Shown: one piece after another, positions 9,120 through 19,685 of the stretch
Layout of the letters: each line of letters starts with the position of its first letter
Position numbering within the stretch: the first letter of the stretch is position 1
From: Acidimicrobiia bacterium
GTDB lineage: Bacteria; Actinomycetota; Acidimicrobiia; Spongiisociales; ZC4RG35
DNA length: 64,000 bases
Assembly (NCBI GenBank): GCA_965214265.1
Contig: CBDCBK010000007.1
Coordinates: 439 to 64,438, forward strand
Direction of reading: 5' to 3'
Position numbers and translations under genes: made by a program
The notes under the pieces: model-generated
The model's input: only the letters and a program-made list of their open reading frames with translations
Database searches by the model: none
What the model was told of the DNA's origin: nothing

Positions 9120-12100
9120 ATGAAACTGCCACGCACGGCAGGAATCATGACACGGGCCGGTGCCGGTCGGCGCTGGGGGCTGCTGGGGGCGGTGTTGGCG
9201 ATTCCGTTGCTGGCCGGGCCCGCCGGGGCCCAGCAAGCGTCGGTGCAGGCTGGCGGCGAGTTGGCGGTGAAGACCGTGCGGCAGATCGAGGCTCTGCTGG
9301 CCGAGAAGGCGCAGCGGACGCCCGCCCAGAGGAAGGTGAGTTCGCAACTACTGTCCGCGCGGCAGGATCAGCAGTACAGCGTCGCGCGCCGGCAGGCGCC
9401 GGTCGAGGTTGCCGCAGACGAGACGGTGATGGTGGACATCCTGGCCGACGTCACGCCGGAGGTCCTGGCGCGCATCCGGTCCCTGGGCGGCACGGTCATC
9501 AACAGCGTGCCGAAGTACAGGGGCATCCGGGCACGGCTCCCATTGGCCGCCGTGGAGCCGCTCGCCGGGCTTGATGCGGTACAGTCCATTCACCCCGCCG
9601 ACCAGGCGGTAACCCGCAAGGACGACACCTCCGAGGGCGATGTCGCCCATCGGGCGAACTCAGCGCGCACAATCCATGGCGTCGACGGCACGGGCATCGG
9701 GATCGGGGTGCTCTCGAATGGCGTCGATACGCTCTCCGACCGGCAGGTTTCGGGCGACCTGCCGGACTGGGTGACGGTGCTGCCGAGGAAGGAGGGACAG
9801 GGAAGCGAGGGGACGGCCATGCTCGAGATCGTCCACGACCTCGCGCCGGGGGCAGATCTCTATTTCGCGACGGCGTCGGGCGGAGGAGAGCCGCTGTTGG
9901 CGTCCAACATCGAGGCGCTCTGCGAGGCAGGGGCGGACGTCATCGTCGACGACGTCTACTTTCTCAGGGAAGCGGCTTTTCAGGACGGCATCGTGGCGCA
10001 GGCGGTCAACGCGGCGGTTGCCGATGGCTGTGTCGTCATCTCGGCGGGCGGCAACGGCGGCAACAAGAAAAACGGAACGTCCGGGGTCTGGGAGGGCGAT
10101 TACGCCGCGGGGAGTTCGCTGCCCGTGAACGGCGTATCGGTCGGCGTTCTCCACGACTTCGGCGGCGGGGTGGTCAAGAACCGGATCGCGCAAGACAGCC
10201 CGTTCGCTTACGTCCTGCAGTGGGCCGACCCGCTGGGGGCCTCCACAAACGACTACGACCTGTTCCTGGTCGACGCGGACGACAACGTGCTTGCCAGCTC
10301 GACGAATAGCCAGAACGGCAGGCAGGATCCGGTCGAGATAATCTTTTCGATTGCGGACAACCACGCCAATGACCGTCTCCTCATCGTCAAGACCGCCGGC
10401 GCGGCGGATCGCTACCTGCGCCTCGATGCGAACCAAGGACGGTTGGCGACCTCGACCGCCGGTAATCTTTTCGGGCACAGTGCGGCAGCCAGCGCGATCA
10501 CCGTGGCGGCCGTGGATGTCCGCGCGGCCCGCAGGGCCGCCGGCGTCTTCAACGGGACGGAGTCGGTCCGGAGGTCCAACTCGGACGGACCGCGGCGTAT
10601 CTTCTTCGAAGCCGACGGCATGGCGATCACGCCGGGGAACTTCTCATCTACTGGCGGGCGGGTGTTGCAGAAACCGGACCTGGCCGCCGCAACCTGTGTG
10701 TCGACCTCGACGCCCGGCTTTTTGAGGTTCTGCGGCAGCTCGGCGGCGGCGCCGCACGCGGCAGCCATCGCGGCGTTGATGCTGGAGGCGGCGGGCGGTC
10801 CCGACAACGTGACGCTGGCGGATCTTCGCACGGCGATGACCGGATCTGCGCTCGATATCGAAGCAACCGGGGTCGATCAAGATTCCGGCGCCGGCATCGT
10901 GATGGCGCCCGGCGCGGTAGATGCGGTGGATGTCCCCGTGGCGGACCGCAACGGGGCGCCGATGGTGGTGGATGGCATGCTGCCAAACCGGACGCTGATA
11001 GGGGGCGCCGGAGCCGTGACGGCCGACGTGGCGAACTCTTTTTCCGATCCGGAAAACGACACGTTGACCTACACGGCACTGTCGAACGACCCCGATCGGG
11101 TGGCGGTCACACGGACGGGGTCTCAGTTGAGGCTGACCCCGGGGTGGCCGGGCCCTGCCATGGTTGCGGTGCGCGCGACAGATCCCAGCGGCCTGAGCGT
11201 GGTGGGGAGCTTCTCGGTCATGGTCTCTGCTGGAAACCGGGACTACGACCTCGATGACGATAACCTCATCGATGTCGGCAACTTGGCCCAGCTCGATGCG
11301 ATGCGCTACGACCTGAACGGCGACGGCGTGTTGGATGACGCATCGGTCTGGCGGTCCTACTACGCGGCCGGAGCCTTTGCCCAGGGGGCGATCGACATGG
11401 GGTGCCCCGGCGGATGCATCGGCTACGAGTTGACGGCGGACCTGGACTTCGACACCGACGGGAGCGGCGGTCCGGATTCGGGCGACGATTACTGGAACGG
11501 CGGCGAAGGCTGGGCGCCGATCGGCGGCGCCGGCGTCCAGGCAATTGGAAGGCGGTTGTTGCTGGAGAATCCGTTCAGTGCGATCTTCGAGGGCAACGGG
11601 CGGACGATCGGCAATCTCTTCATCGACACGGACACGGTCGTTTTTGCCGGCCTGTTCGGCTATGCCACGTCGGAGATCCGGAACGTCGGGCTGATCGACG
11701 CCGACGTGACGGGTACCGTGCTGGCCGCGGGGCTGGCCGGGTACAACGTGGGCGAGATCCGCGCCAGCTACGTGACGGGCCGCGTATCGGGAGTCGAGAA
11801 TGTCGGCGGGTTGGTGGGCATCAACGTGGTCGATGGCGGGATTCGCGGCAGCTACGCCACGGCCAGCGTGTCGGGTGACGACGACGTGGGCGGGCTGGCG
11901 GGGGACAACCGCGGCGAGATTATCGCCGCCTACGCCACGGGCCGCGTTTCCGGCGAATCCGACGTGGGCGGCCTGGTCGGCAACAACCAATCGACCGGCG
12001 AGATCCGCGCGGCCTACGCCACGGGCCCCGTGTCGGGCGATTCCGGCGTGGGCGGGTTGGTCGGGACCTCCGGGGGCGGGCGGGTGATCGCCGGCTACTG

Positions 12101-15100
12101 GGACACGAGCACGTCGGGCCGCACCCAGAGCGCCGGCGGGACGGGCCGGACGACGGCCCTGTTGCAGTCGCCCACGGGCTATAGCGGGATCTACGGGAGT
12201 TGGAACGTAGACCTCGACGGCGACAGCATGACCCCCGATCCCTGGGACTTCGGGACGTCCAGCCAGTATCCGGTCCTGTCGGTGGACTTCGATGGGAATA
12301 ATTCGGCGACATGGCAGGAATTCGGCTACCAGCTTCGGGAAGGCCCGGCCCTGATGACGACCGCGAACGAGACCCGGGTGAACCTCAACTGGGACGCGGT
12401 GGCGGCGAGCCACTGGACCCCGCCGCCGGTCGTCGCCTACACCCTTTATCGCGACGACGGCACCGCCGTCGAGGCCCTGGCCGAGAACACCGGAAGTCGC
12501 ACGTACGCCGACACCGACTTCATCGCCGGCGTCACCTACGCCTACCAGGTGGCCGCGGTGGTGGCGGGTGGTGAAGCGACGCGCAATGGGTGGCTGTCGG
12601 TGAGAGTGCTGGACACGACGGCACCGCGGTTGTCGTTGGTCTCGATCACGTCCGATCCGGGGACGGATGGGATCTACGCGGCCGGCGACCGGATCGTGGT
12701 CACGGCGGCGTTCGACGAGGCGGTGAGGGTGACGGGGACGCCGCGGGTGAAGCTCGAGGTCGGAGGCGAGGAACGAACGGCCGACTATGCGGACGGCTCC
12801 GGCACCGGCGCGCTGGTGTTCGAGTACAAGGTGGCGGAAGGGGAGAGCGACGACGACGGGGTGAGCATAGCGGCCGACGGCATCGACCTGAACCGGGGGA
12901 CGATCACCGACGCGTCGGACAATGCCGCCGTGTTGACGCATCCGGCGGTGAGCCCGCAGTCCGGTCATCGGGTGGACGGAGTCCGGCCGGTTCTGGAGGA
13001 CACCGGCGGAGCCGTCGTTAACGGTTCGATCCTGACGTTGAACTACGACGAGCTGTTGGACGGCGGCTCGCCGCCGCCCGAAAGCGCCTTCACGGTGAGG
13101 GGCGGCGACCGGACGCGAACGGTCTCCGACGTGGGAATCAGCGGCAGTGCGGTCATCCTCACCGTCGACCCGGCGGTGGAGCACGGGGAGGAAGGGATTC
13201 GCGTGAGCTACCGGGCGGGGTCGGGCGCGATACTGATTCGGGACGTGCCGGGCAACGAGGCGGCCGGACTGAGCAACGAGCCGGTGACGAACGAGACGCC
13301 GGACACGACGGCGCCGACGGTGGATTCGGTCGAGATCAGCTCGGATCCGGGGACGGACAGGACCTATGCGGCGGGGGAAGAGATTCGGGTGACGGTGACA
13401 TTCAGCGAGACGGTGGAGGTGACGGGCAGGCCGCGGTTGATGCTCGAGGTTGGGGGAGGCAGTCGAACGGCGACCTATGGAGGCGGGTCGGGAACCGCAG
13501 CCCTGGTCTTTGCCTATGAGGTGGCCGACGGGGACAGCGACACCGACGGGGTGGGGGTTGAGGCCGACAGCCTGTCGGGCGGGACGATTGAGGACACCTC
13601 GGACAATCCCGCGGAGCTGGACCATGACGGGCTGGCCGCCGACGCGGGCCAGAAGGTGGACGCGGTCCGGCCGGAATTGGCCGCTACCGATGGAGCGGTG
13701 GTGAACGGAACGACGCTGACACTGACCTACGACGAGCCGCTCGACGCCGGATCGAGCCCGTCGACGGGGGACTTTACGGTGTCGGGGGGCGATCGGGCGC
13801 GGACGGTCGCCGGAGTACGAGTGAGGGGGAGTGCGGTGGAGCTGACCCTGGATCCGGGGGCGGAGCACTTGGAGGCGGGGATCCGGGTGAGCTATACGCC
13901 GGGGGCCAACCCGATCCGGGACGTGCCGGGCAACGAAGCGGAATCGGTGAGCCAGGAGCCGGTAACGAACGAGACGCCAGACACCACGCCCCCGGAAGTG
14001 AGCAGTCTGGCCATCACCTCGAACCCCGGCGGGGATCAGATCTATGCGGCGGAGGACGAGATCGAGGTGACGGTGAGGTTCAGCGAGACGGTGGCAGTGG
14101 AGGGGACGCCGCGGTTGAGGTTGAGAGTTGGGAGCCGGACCCGCACAGCCGGCTACCTGAGAGGCACGGACACGGCGGCGCTGGTGTTCGGCTACGAGGT
14201 GGCCGATGGGGACGAAGACACCGATGGAGTGAGCATAGAGGCCGGGAGGATCGACCGGAACGGGGGGACGATCACCGACGATGCGGACAATCCGGCGGAT
14301 CTGGCCCATGAAGCGGTGGCGCCGCAGGCGGGGCACAAGGTGGACGGGGTCCGGCCCGTTCTCGTCAGCACGGCGGTGGACGGCGCCTCGCTGACGTTGA
14401 GCTACGGAGAGGCGCTCGACGGCGGGTCGAGGCCAACCAGGGGGGACTTCACGGTGGAGGTGGACGGGAGCGGGCGAAGCGTTACGGGAGTCTCGATCAG
14501 CGGCCGTGTGGTGACGCTGACGCTCAACCCGGCGGTGGAGCACGGAGATACGGGGATCCGGGTGAGCTACACGGTTCCGACGGGGGTGGGGGCGAACCCG
14601 ATCCGGGATGAAGTGGGCAACGAGGCTAGGGGGCTGAGCAGCCAGTCGGTGACCAACACCACCGGGGCGCCCAACACGGTGCCTGAGATCACGAGTCCGA
14701 GTTCGATCAGTGTCCGGGAGAACCAGGCGGTGGTGAGGCGGCTGGCGGCCAGGGACACCGACCCGGGGGACGAGGTGACGGGCTGGGAGATTGCGGGCGG
14801 GGCCGACCAATCTCAGTTCTCGATTGCTTCCGATACGGGAGAGCTGAGCTTCCGGGAGGCGCCGGACTTCGAGGCTCCCGGAGACAACGAGTATGAGGTG
14901 AGGGTGGAAGTGAAGAGCGGTGCGGGAGCCAGGGAGCTGGAGGCGGAGCAGACGTTTACGATCAGCGTGACGGACGAGCGGGAACCGCCTGATGTTCCTG
15001 AAGCACCCACATTTTCGGGGGAGACGGCCGAGAGTCTGCAGGTGAGTTGGAGCGAACCCGACAACACGGGGCCGGACATCACCGACTATGACGTGCAATA

Positions 15101-18100
15101 CCGGGAGAAAGGCACGGGGCGATTCAGCGGCGCTCTGCATGAGGGGCCGGGGCGCACTTTGACGCTTTCGGACCTCAATGCGGGGACGGTCTATGAAGTG
15201 CAGGTGCGGGCCAGCAACGACGAGGGGATGAGTGACTGGTCGAATCCGGGCGAGGGGATGACGGTCACGCCGCTGACGGTCGTGATGGCGAGCGGCACGG
15301 AGCCGCCGGTGTCGGGGCCGTTCAGGGTGCGGTTCAGCTTTTCCGAACCGGTGACGGGCTTCAGCGCCAGCGACATCGAGACGGGTCAGGACCCTGCCTG
15401 CGTGGACGATCAGAACAACACGGTCTTCTGCGATCCGGGGATCGGGGCCTTGCAGACGATTGACGACCGGGTCTTCACCACCACGGTGACCCCGAGGACC
15501 GACCGTGTGGCCCACAGCTACACGTTGACGATGACGGTTCCGGGAGGCGCTGTGAGGTCATCGGTAGGCAGCAAGCCGAATGAGGCGCCCGAGGAGCCGC
15601 TCGAGGTCCGGGTAGCGCCGCCGGGGGCGCCCGAGCCGGTGTCATCGATTGATCTGCGAGCGAGTTCCGGCAGCGGGTCGGTGAGGCTGAGCTGGAACCT
15701 GCCGTCGGATAGTGGAGGCTCAGCCATCATCCGCTACGAGGTCCGGTATCAAGCGGTGGGAGAGGCGTGGAGCGAGTGGGAGAACGTGGGAGCGGGATCG
15801 CGCGGGGTGACGGTGGGAGGCCTGGTCAATGGCCGGGAATACGTCTTTGAGGTGCGTGCGGTCAATGCCCTGGGGAAGGGTGGGGCGGAGGCGGCACGGG
15901 CCACGCCGGAGCGACGGATTGCACCCCCGCCCCCGCCCCGCGGCGGCGGAGGTGGCGGCGGCGGACTGCTGTTCGTACCGGAGGCGCCGCTGGGCTTGAT
16001 GGCGATGCCCGGGGACGGAGCGGTGCGGCTGGAGTGGGGCCCGCCCGAAAGCGACGGGGGCACTCCCATCCAGCGCTATGAGTACCGTCTCAAGGACGGG
16101 CGGGAAGAGTTCGGGGAGTGGACCCCGATCGCAGACAGCGCCCCCGGCGAGGTCAACGCCACCGGGTATACGGTGGGTGAGCTTGACAACGGGACGGTCT
16201 ATGTCTTTGAACTGCGAGCGGTCAACCTGGTGGGCAATGGGCGGGTATCGGAGGCGGTGGAGGCGGTGATGGGGCTGGACCCGGCCTATTGGTCGAACTT
16301 CCGAGCGGAGGATCTGCAGGGGGGTGAGGCCAGTCTGGAGCGGGGGCCGTTTGGAGGAGGACCGCAGAGTCTGAGGCTGCGGTTTGGAGCGGGGCTGCGG
16401 TTTGAGGAGAGCGAGCTGGACGGAGAGGGGGAGGTGAGGGGGACCCGGTCGGGGAGCTACGGGTACCGCTACACCAGCCGGACGACGGGGGAGTTGAGTC
16501 TGGACTACGACGGGGGGGAGTCCTGTGAGCTGCGGCTGACCTTCAGGGGAGAGGGAGCGGGCAGCTACAGCTATCGCTGCGGCGGGGTATTGGGGGGACA
16601 GGGGAGCTTCCGGATGAGCGGGCTGAACCGGGCGCCGGAGATCACCAGCGCAGGGGCGTATGAGGTAGCGGAGAACACGGCGCGGGTAGGGCGAGTGGAG
16701 GCGGTGGACGGGGACGATGAGATCGGGGGATACGGGATAGCGGGGGGAGCGGACGGGGGGCTGTTTGAGGTGGTTGAGGAGACGGGGGAGTTGATGTTCC
16801 GGGAGGCGCCGGACTACGAGACTCCGGGAGATGTAGCCAGTGACGATCCCCAGAGCGGAGCAGGGGACAACGAATACATTGTAGTGGTAGAGGTGAGGAG
16901 CGGTGAGGGAGAGAGGGAGCGGAAGGGGAGCCGTGCGATCCGGGTGCGGGTGGCTGACGAGGAGGAGGCGCCGGAGATTACCAGCCTTGGCCCGTTTGAG
17001 GTGGTGGAGAACCGGACGAGGGTGGGGCAACTGGAGGCGGTAGACCAGGACAAGCAGGACGAGATTACAGAGTACGGGATAGCGGGGGGAGCGGACGGGG
17101 GGCTGTTTGCGGTGGTTGAGGAGACGGGGGAGCTGATGTTCCGGGAGGCGCCGGACTACGAGACTCCGGGGGATGTAGCCAGTGACGACCCCCAGAGCGG
17201 AGCGGGGGACAACGAATACATTGTAGTGGTAGAGGTAAGGAGCGGTGAGGGGGAGAGGGAGCGGAAGGGGAGGCGTGCAATCCGGGTGCGGGTGGCTGAC
17301 GAGGAGGAACCGCCGGCGGCGCCGGGGGCACCGGTGGTGACGGCGGAGGGGAGCGACAGCTTGAAGGTGAGCTGGAGAGAGCCGGAGAACCGAGGGCCTG
17401 AGATCGTGGACTATGAGGTCCGCTACCGGGAGGGGGGCGAGGAAGGCTACAGCGATGGGGGCCACGAGGGGACGGGTCTGGAGGTGAGGCTGTCGGGGCT
17501 CGAGGAGGGGACGGTGTATGAGGTGCAGGTGAGGGCGGTCAACGAGGAGGGGATCAGTGAGTGGTCGGAGCCGGGGGAAGGGCGGACGGACATGGAGGAA
17601 CCGGACCCGGACGATCCGTCGGACTTCACCGGGGAGGACCTGGAGGGCAGGCGCCTGACCTTGCGGCTGGAGGGTGAGGAGGGGACCGCCGGAAGCCTTG
17701 AGCTGCGGTTCGGCGAGGGCAACCGGTTCGAGCAGATCGAGTCGGGCGGAAAGCAAGCCGCCACCCGGAGCGAGGGCGTTACCCGATCGGGCAGCTACAC
17801 CTATGAGAAGACTGGTCCCGGCAGAGGAACGGTGAGGCTCGACTACGATGACGGGAGTTCCTGTGAGATCCAAATGAGTTTCACCGAGACGGGAGTGGGC
17901 GCGTTCGCCTATGACTGCGGCGAGGGGGACCCGGGCGAGGGGAGCTTCCGGCTGACGACGGGGTCGTTGTTCGTTCCGGTGATCCTGAGCTCGGCAGGTC
18001 AGAACCAGTCCTTTTTCACCTCGGAGCTGACGCTGACCAACCGGGGGGAGCAGGAGGTAAGGCTCGACTACAGCTACACGGCCGAACGGGGAGGAGGAAG

Positions 18101-19415
18101 CGGGACAGCTTCGGAGGTACTGGCTGCAGGCAGGCAGAGGGTGGAGACCGACGCCCTGACCTATTTGAGGGGCTTGGGGGTTCCGATTCCCGAAACGGGC
18201 AACCGGATCGGGACGCTGAGGGTGGAGGCGCGGCTGGGGTCGGAGGTAGAGGCGGTGGTGCGGACGACGACGCTGGTGCCTGACGGGAGGGCGGGGCTGG
18301 CCTACCTGGGGGTGGCGGAGGAGGAGGGCTTTACCGAGGCGGTCTATCTGTGTGGGCTGCGGCAGAACAGCCGGGACCGCTCGAACGTGGCCTTCCAGAA
18401 CATGGGAGCGCCGGAAGCGGGCGAGATCACCCTCAGGACCACGGTGTATTCGGGAGAGGCGGCGGATGGGACTGCACGGGTGCTGGACGACATAGAGCTT
18501 GAGCCGGGAAAGTTTCACCAGTACTCGGGGCTGTTGGGAGTGCTGGGGGTTCCGGCCCAGGGCTACGTCAAGGTGGAGCGGGTGGAGGGGAGAGCGCCTT
18601 TCTACGCCTACGGGGTGATCAACGACCAGGCCAACTCGGACGGGTCGTTTGTGTTTCCGGTGACGGCGGGTTCACTGGAGGGAACAGCGGGCCAGACCCT
18701 GCCGGTGGTGGTGGAGACCAGCGAGTTCAGAAGCGAGCTAACGGTGACGAACTTCTCGGAGGAGCCGAGGAGGCTGGATTTCCAGTTTGTGGCCGAGCAG
18801 ATCGAGGGGGACGACAAGACGGCGAGCTTCAGCATGGAGCTGGAAGCCGGCCAGCAGGAGATCATCCCCGAGGTGGTGGATGAGTTGCGGAGTCAGGGGG
18901 TGGCGGGGCTGGGTAGGGGCAGCCGGGCCTTGGCTGGGGCGGTGTTTGCCACGGCGGTCGAGGGGGACATGAGCGGGATCGTGATCGGGGCCAGGACGGG
19001 CTCTCAAGGAGGGGGCGGACAGTACAGCGTCTTCTACAACGCGGTGCCGGAGGGAGCGGCCTTCACCGGGGAGGCCTGGGTGGATGGGCTGCAGCAGAAC
19101 GAGGAGAACCGCAGCAACCTGGCGCTGGTCAACACCGGGGAGGTGGACGGGAGCGCCAGCGTCTTCCATCTGGAGATCTACGACGGCGAGACAGGGTTGC
19201 TGGCCGAGACGGTGGTGACCAAGCCGATCCCGGCCCGGGGCTGGCATCAGATCAACGGCATTCTGGGCAGCTACGCCCCGGAGACCCGGCAGGGGTATAT
19301 CCGGATCGAGAAGGTGTCCGGGGAGAACCCCTTCCTGGCCTACGGGGTGGTCAACGACGGCGGGGCTCCGGGAGAGCGCAGCGGCGACGGAGCCTACCTG
19401 CCCGCGAGGGAGTAG
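9120..19415 (+). CDS. Copy B (intact) giant secreted multidomain protein: signal peptide, S8 subtilisin-like domain, GLUG repeats, FN3, Ig-like units, cadherin-like units, and a duplicated C-terminal domain.
   Basis: The ORF is open from 8445, but 'MKLPRTAGIMTRAGAGRRWGLLGAVLAIPLLAGPAGAQQ' at 9120 is a clear signal peptide. S8 motifs 'GTAMLEIVHDLAPGA' and 'GSSAAAPHAAAIAALM' lie at ~9650-10900. GLUG-type 'VGGLVG.N.G.I...YATG.VSG' lies at ~11650-12130. The gene runs uninterrupted to the stop at 19413-19415. Confidence 0.9.
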   Translation: MKLPRTAGIMTRAGAGRRWGLLGAVLAIPLLAGPAGAQQASVQAGGELAVKTVRQIEALLAEKAQRTPAQRKVSSQLLSARQDQQYSVARRQAPVEVAADETVMVDILADVTPEVLARIRSLGGTVINSVPKYRGIRARLPLAAVEPLAGLDAVQSIHPADQAVTRKDDTSEGDVAHRANSARTIHGVDGTGIGIGVLSNGVDTLSDRQVSGDLPDWVTVLPRKEGQGSEGTAMLEIVHDLAPGADLYFATASGGGEPLLASNIEALCEAGADVIVDDVYFLREAAFQDGIVAQAVNAAVADGCVVISAGGNGGNKKNGTSGVWEGDYAAGSSLPVNGVSVGVLHDFGGGVVKNRIAQDSPFAYVLQWADPLGASTNDYDLFLVDADDNVLASSTNSQNGRQDPVEIIFSIADNHANDRLLIVKTAGAADRYLRLDANQGRLATSTAGNLFGHSAAASAITVAAVDVRAARRAAGVFNGTESVRRSNSDGPRRIFFEADGMAITPGNFSSTGGRVLQKPDLAAATCVSTSTPGFLRFCGSSAAAPHAAAIAALMLEAAGGPDNVTLADLRTAMTGSALDIEATGVDQDSGAGIVMAPGAVDAVDVPVADRNGAPMVVDGMLPNRTLIGGAGAVTADVANSFSDPENDTLTYTALSNDPDRVAVTRTGSQLRLTPGWPGPAMVAVRATDPSGLSVVGSFSVMVSAGNRDYDLDDDNLIDVGNLAQLDAMRYDLNGDGVLDDASVWRSYYAAGAFAQGAIDMGCPGGCIGYELTADLDFDTDGSGGPDSGDDYWNGGEGWAPIGGAGVQAIGRRLLLENPFSAIFEGNGRTIGNLFIDTDTVVFAGLFGYATSEIRNVGLIDADVTGTVLAAGLAGYNVGEIRASYVTGRVSGVENVGGLVGINVVDGGIRGSYATASVSGDDDVGGLAGDNRGEIIAAYATGRVSGESDVGGLVGNNQSTGEIRAAYATGPVSGDSGVGGLVGTSGGGRVIAGYWDTSTSGRTQSAGGTGRTTALLQSPTGYSGIYGSWNVDLDGDSMTPDPWDFGTSSQYPVLSVDFDGNNSATWQEFGYQLREGPALMTTANETRVNLNWDAVAASHWTPPPVVAYTLYRDDGTAVEALAENTGSRTYADTDFIAGVTYAYQVAAVVAGGEATRNGWLSVRVLDTTAPRLSLVSITSDPGTDGIYAAGDRIVVTAAFDEAVRVTGTPRVKLEVGGEERTADYADGSGTGALVFEYKVAEGESDDDGVSIAADGIDLNRGTITDASDNAAVLTHPAVSPQSGHRVDGVRPVLEDTGGAVVNGSILTLNYDELLDGGSPPPESAFTVRGGDRTRTVSDVGISGSAVILTVDPAVEHGEEGIRVSYRAGSGAILIRDVPGNEAAGLSNEPVTNETPDTTAPTVDSVEISSDPGTDRTYAAGEEIRVTVTFSETVEVTGRPRLMLEVGGGSRTATYGGGSGTAALVFAYEVADGDSDTDGVGVEADSLSGGTIEDTSDNPAELDHDGLAADAGQKVDAVRPELAATDGAVVNGTTLTLTYDEPLDAGSSPSTGDFTVSGGDRARTVAGVRVRGSAVELTLDPGAEHLEAGIRVSYTPGANPIRDVPGNEAESVSQEPVTNETPDTTPPEVSSLAITSNPGGDQIYAAEDEIEVTVRFSETVAVEGTPRLRLRVGSRTRTAGYLRGTDTAALVFGYEVADGDEDTDGVSIEAGRIDRNGGTITDDADNPADLAHEAVAPQAGHKVDGVRPVLVSTAVDGASLTLSYGEALDGGSRPTRGDFTVEVDGSGRSVTGVSISGRVVTLTLNPAVEHGDTGIRVSYTVPTGVGANPIRDEVGNEARGLSSQSVTNTTGAPNTVPEITSPSSISVRENQAVVRRLAARDTDPGDEVTGWEIAGGADQSQFSIASDTGELSFREAPDFEAPGDNEYEVRVEVKSGAGARELEAEQTFTISVTDEREPPDVPEAPTFSGETAESLQVSWSEPDNTGPDITDYDVQYREKGTGRFSGALHEGPGRTLTLSDLNAGTVYEVQVRASNDEGMSDWSNPGEGMTVTPLTVVMASGTEPPVSGPFRVRFSFSEPVTGFSASDIETGQDPACVDDQNNTVFCDPGIGALQTIDDRVFTTTVTPRTDRVAHSYTLTMTVPGGAVRSSVGSKPNEAPEEPLEVRVAPPGAPEPVSSIDLRASSGSGSVRLSWNLPSDSGGSAIIRYEVRYQAVGEAWSEWENVGAGSRGVTVGGLVNGREYVFEVRAVNALGKGGAEAARATPERRIAPPPPPRGGGGGGGGLLFVPEAPLGLMAMPGDGAVRLEWGPPESDGGTPIQRYEYRLKDGREEFGEWTPIADSAPGEVNATGYTVGELDNGTVYVFELRAVNLVGNGRVSEAVEAVMGLDPAYWSNFRAEDLQGGEASLERGPFGGGPQSLRLRFGAGLRFEESELDGEGEVRGTRSGSYGYRYTSRTTGELSLDYDGGESCELRLTFRGEGAGSYSYRCGGVLGGQGSFRMSGLNRAPEITSAGAYEVAENTARVGRVEAVDGDDEIGGYGIAGGADGGLFEVVEETGELMFREAPDYETPGDVASDDPQSGAGDNEYIVVVEVRSGEGERERKGSRAIRVRVADEEEAPEITSLGPFEVVENRTRVGQLEAVDQDKQDEITEYGIAGGADGGLFAVVEETGELMFREAPDYETPGDVASDDPQSGAGDNEYIVVVEVRSGEGERERKGRRAIRVRVADEEEPPAAPGAPVVTAEGSDSLKVSWREPENRGPEIVDYEVRYREGGEEGYSDGGHEGTGLEVRLSGLEEGTVYEVQVRAVNEEGISEWSEPGEGRTDMEEPDPDDPSDFTGEDLEGRRLTLRLEGEEGTAGSLELRFGEGNRFEQIESGGKQAATRSEGVTRSGSYTYEKTGPGRGTVRLDYDDGSSCEIQMSFTETGVGAFAYDCGEGDPGEGSFRLTTGSLFVPVILSSAGQNQSFFTSELTLTNRGEQEVRLDYSYTAERGGGSGTASEVLAAGRQRVETDALTYLRGLGVPIPETGNRIGTLRVEARLGSEVEAVVRTTTLVPDGRAGLAYLGVAEEEGFTEAVYLCGLRQNSRDRSNVAFQNMGAPEAGEITLRTTVYSGEAADGTARVLDDIELEPGKFHQYSGLLGVLGVPAQGYVKVERVEGRAPFYAYGVINDQANSDGSFVFPVTAGSLEGTAGQTLPVVVETSEFRSELTVTNFSEEPRRLDFQFVAEQIEGDDKTASFSMELEAGQQEIIPEVVDELRSQGVAGLGRGSRALAGAVFATAVEGDMSGIVIGARTGSQGGGGQYSVFYNAVPEGAAFTGEAWVDGLQQNEENRSNLALVNTGEVDGSASVFHLEIYDGETGLLAETVVTKPIPARGWHQINGILGSYAPETRQGYIRIEKVSGENPFLAYGVVNDGGAPGERSGDGAYLPARE
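11650..12130 (+). repeat. GLUG-motif repeat block inside copy B.
   Basis: About five successive 'G(E)IR.(S/A)YATG.VSG...VGGL.G' units are visible in translation. Confidence 0.7.
12612..14660 (+). repeat. Three tandem coding units of ~670-700 nt (paired Ig-like domains) inside copy B.
   Basis: Units start at 12612, 13312 and 13980 with 'DTT(A/P)P'. Each contains '..ITSDPG.D.(I/T)YAAG(D/E).I.VT..F.E.V.VTG.PR' followed by 'TL.YDE.LD.GS.P....FTV.GG.R.R.V'. Confidence 0.8.
16632..17310 (+). repeat. Two tandem cadherin-like coding units (~336 nt) inside copy B. The same pair occurs in copies A and C.
   Basis: 'APEITS.G..EV.EN..RVG..EAVD......GYGIAGGADGGLF.VVEETGELMFREAPDYETPGDVASDDPQSGAGDNEYIVVVEVRSGEGERERKG' occurs twice. 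The second halves are nearly identical at DNA level. Confidence 0.8.
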
Positions 19416-19685
19416 GCGCTCTGCTCGGCACTCAATGCCATTTCCAGACGTTCGATTGGAATGGGAGCTTCATCGATAATCCATCCAGTTTGGGGAAAGC
19501 GGAAAATGGACACTGTTTACCACTTTTCCACAGGCGCTTGGACTAATGAAATCAAGGTATCTGTCGGTCTACAAACCGGACAGATCACCAGTCATAAAAA
19601 CCGGTCAACTCGACATGTCATTGAAACCGGTTCAAAGCCGCCGTTGCCTCAAGCCCGGATCAGCAGTTCTTTTTATATGTCGGTT

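Noticed and set aside
10644-15515. A 1623-aa minus-strand ORF, with similar long antisense ORFs at 383..2428, 15720..18518, 23073..24596, 43718..46816 and 37450..39042.
   Set aside because: Its codons are in register with the sense codons of the giant gene. It is open simply because TTA, CTA and TCA codons are absent from a GC-rich gene. The translations are Pro/Arg/His-rich low-complexity strings with no motifs, while the sense strand has clear domains.
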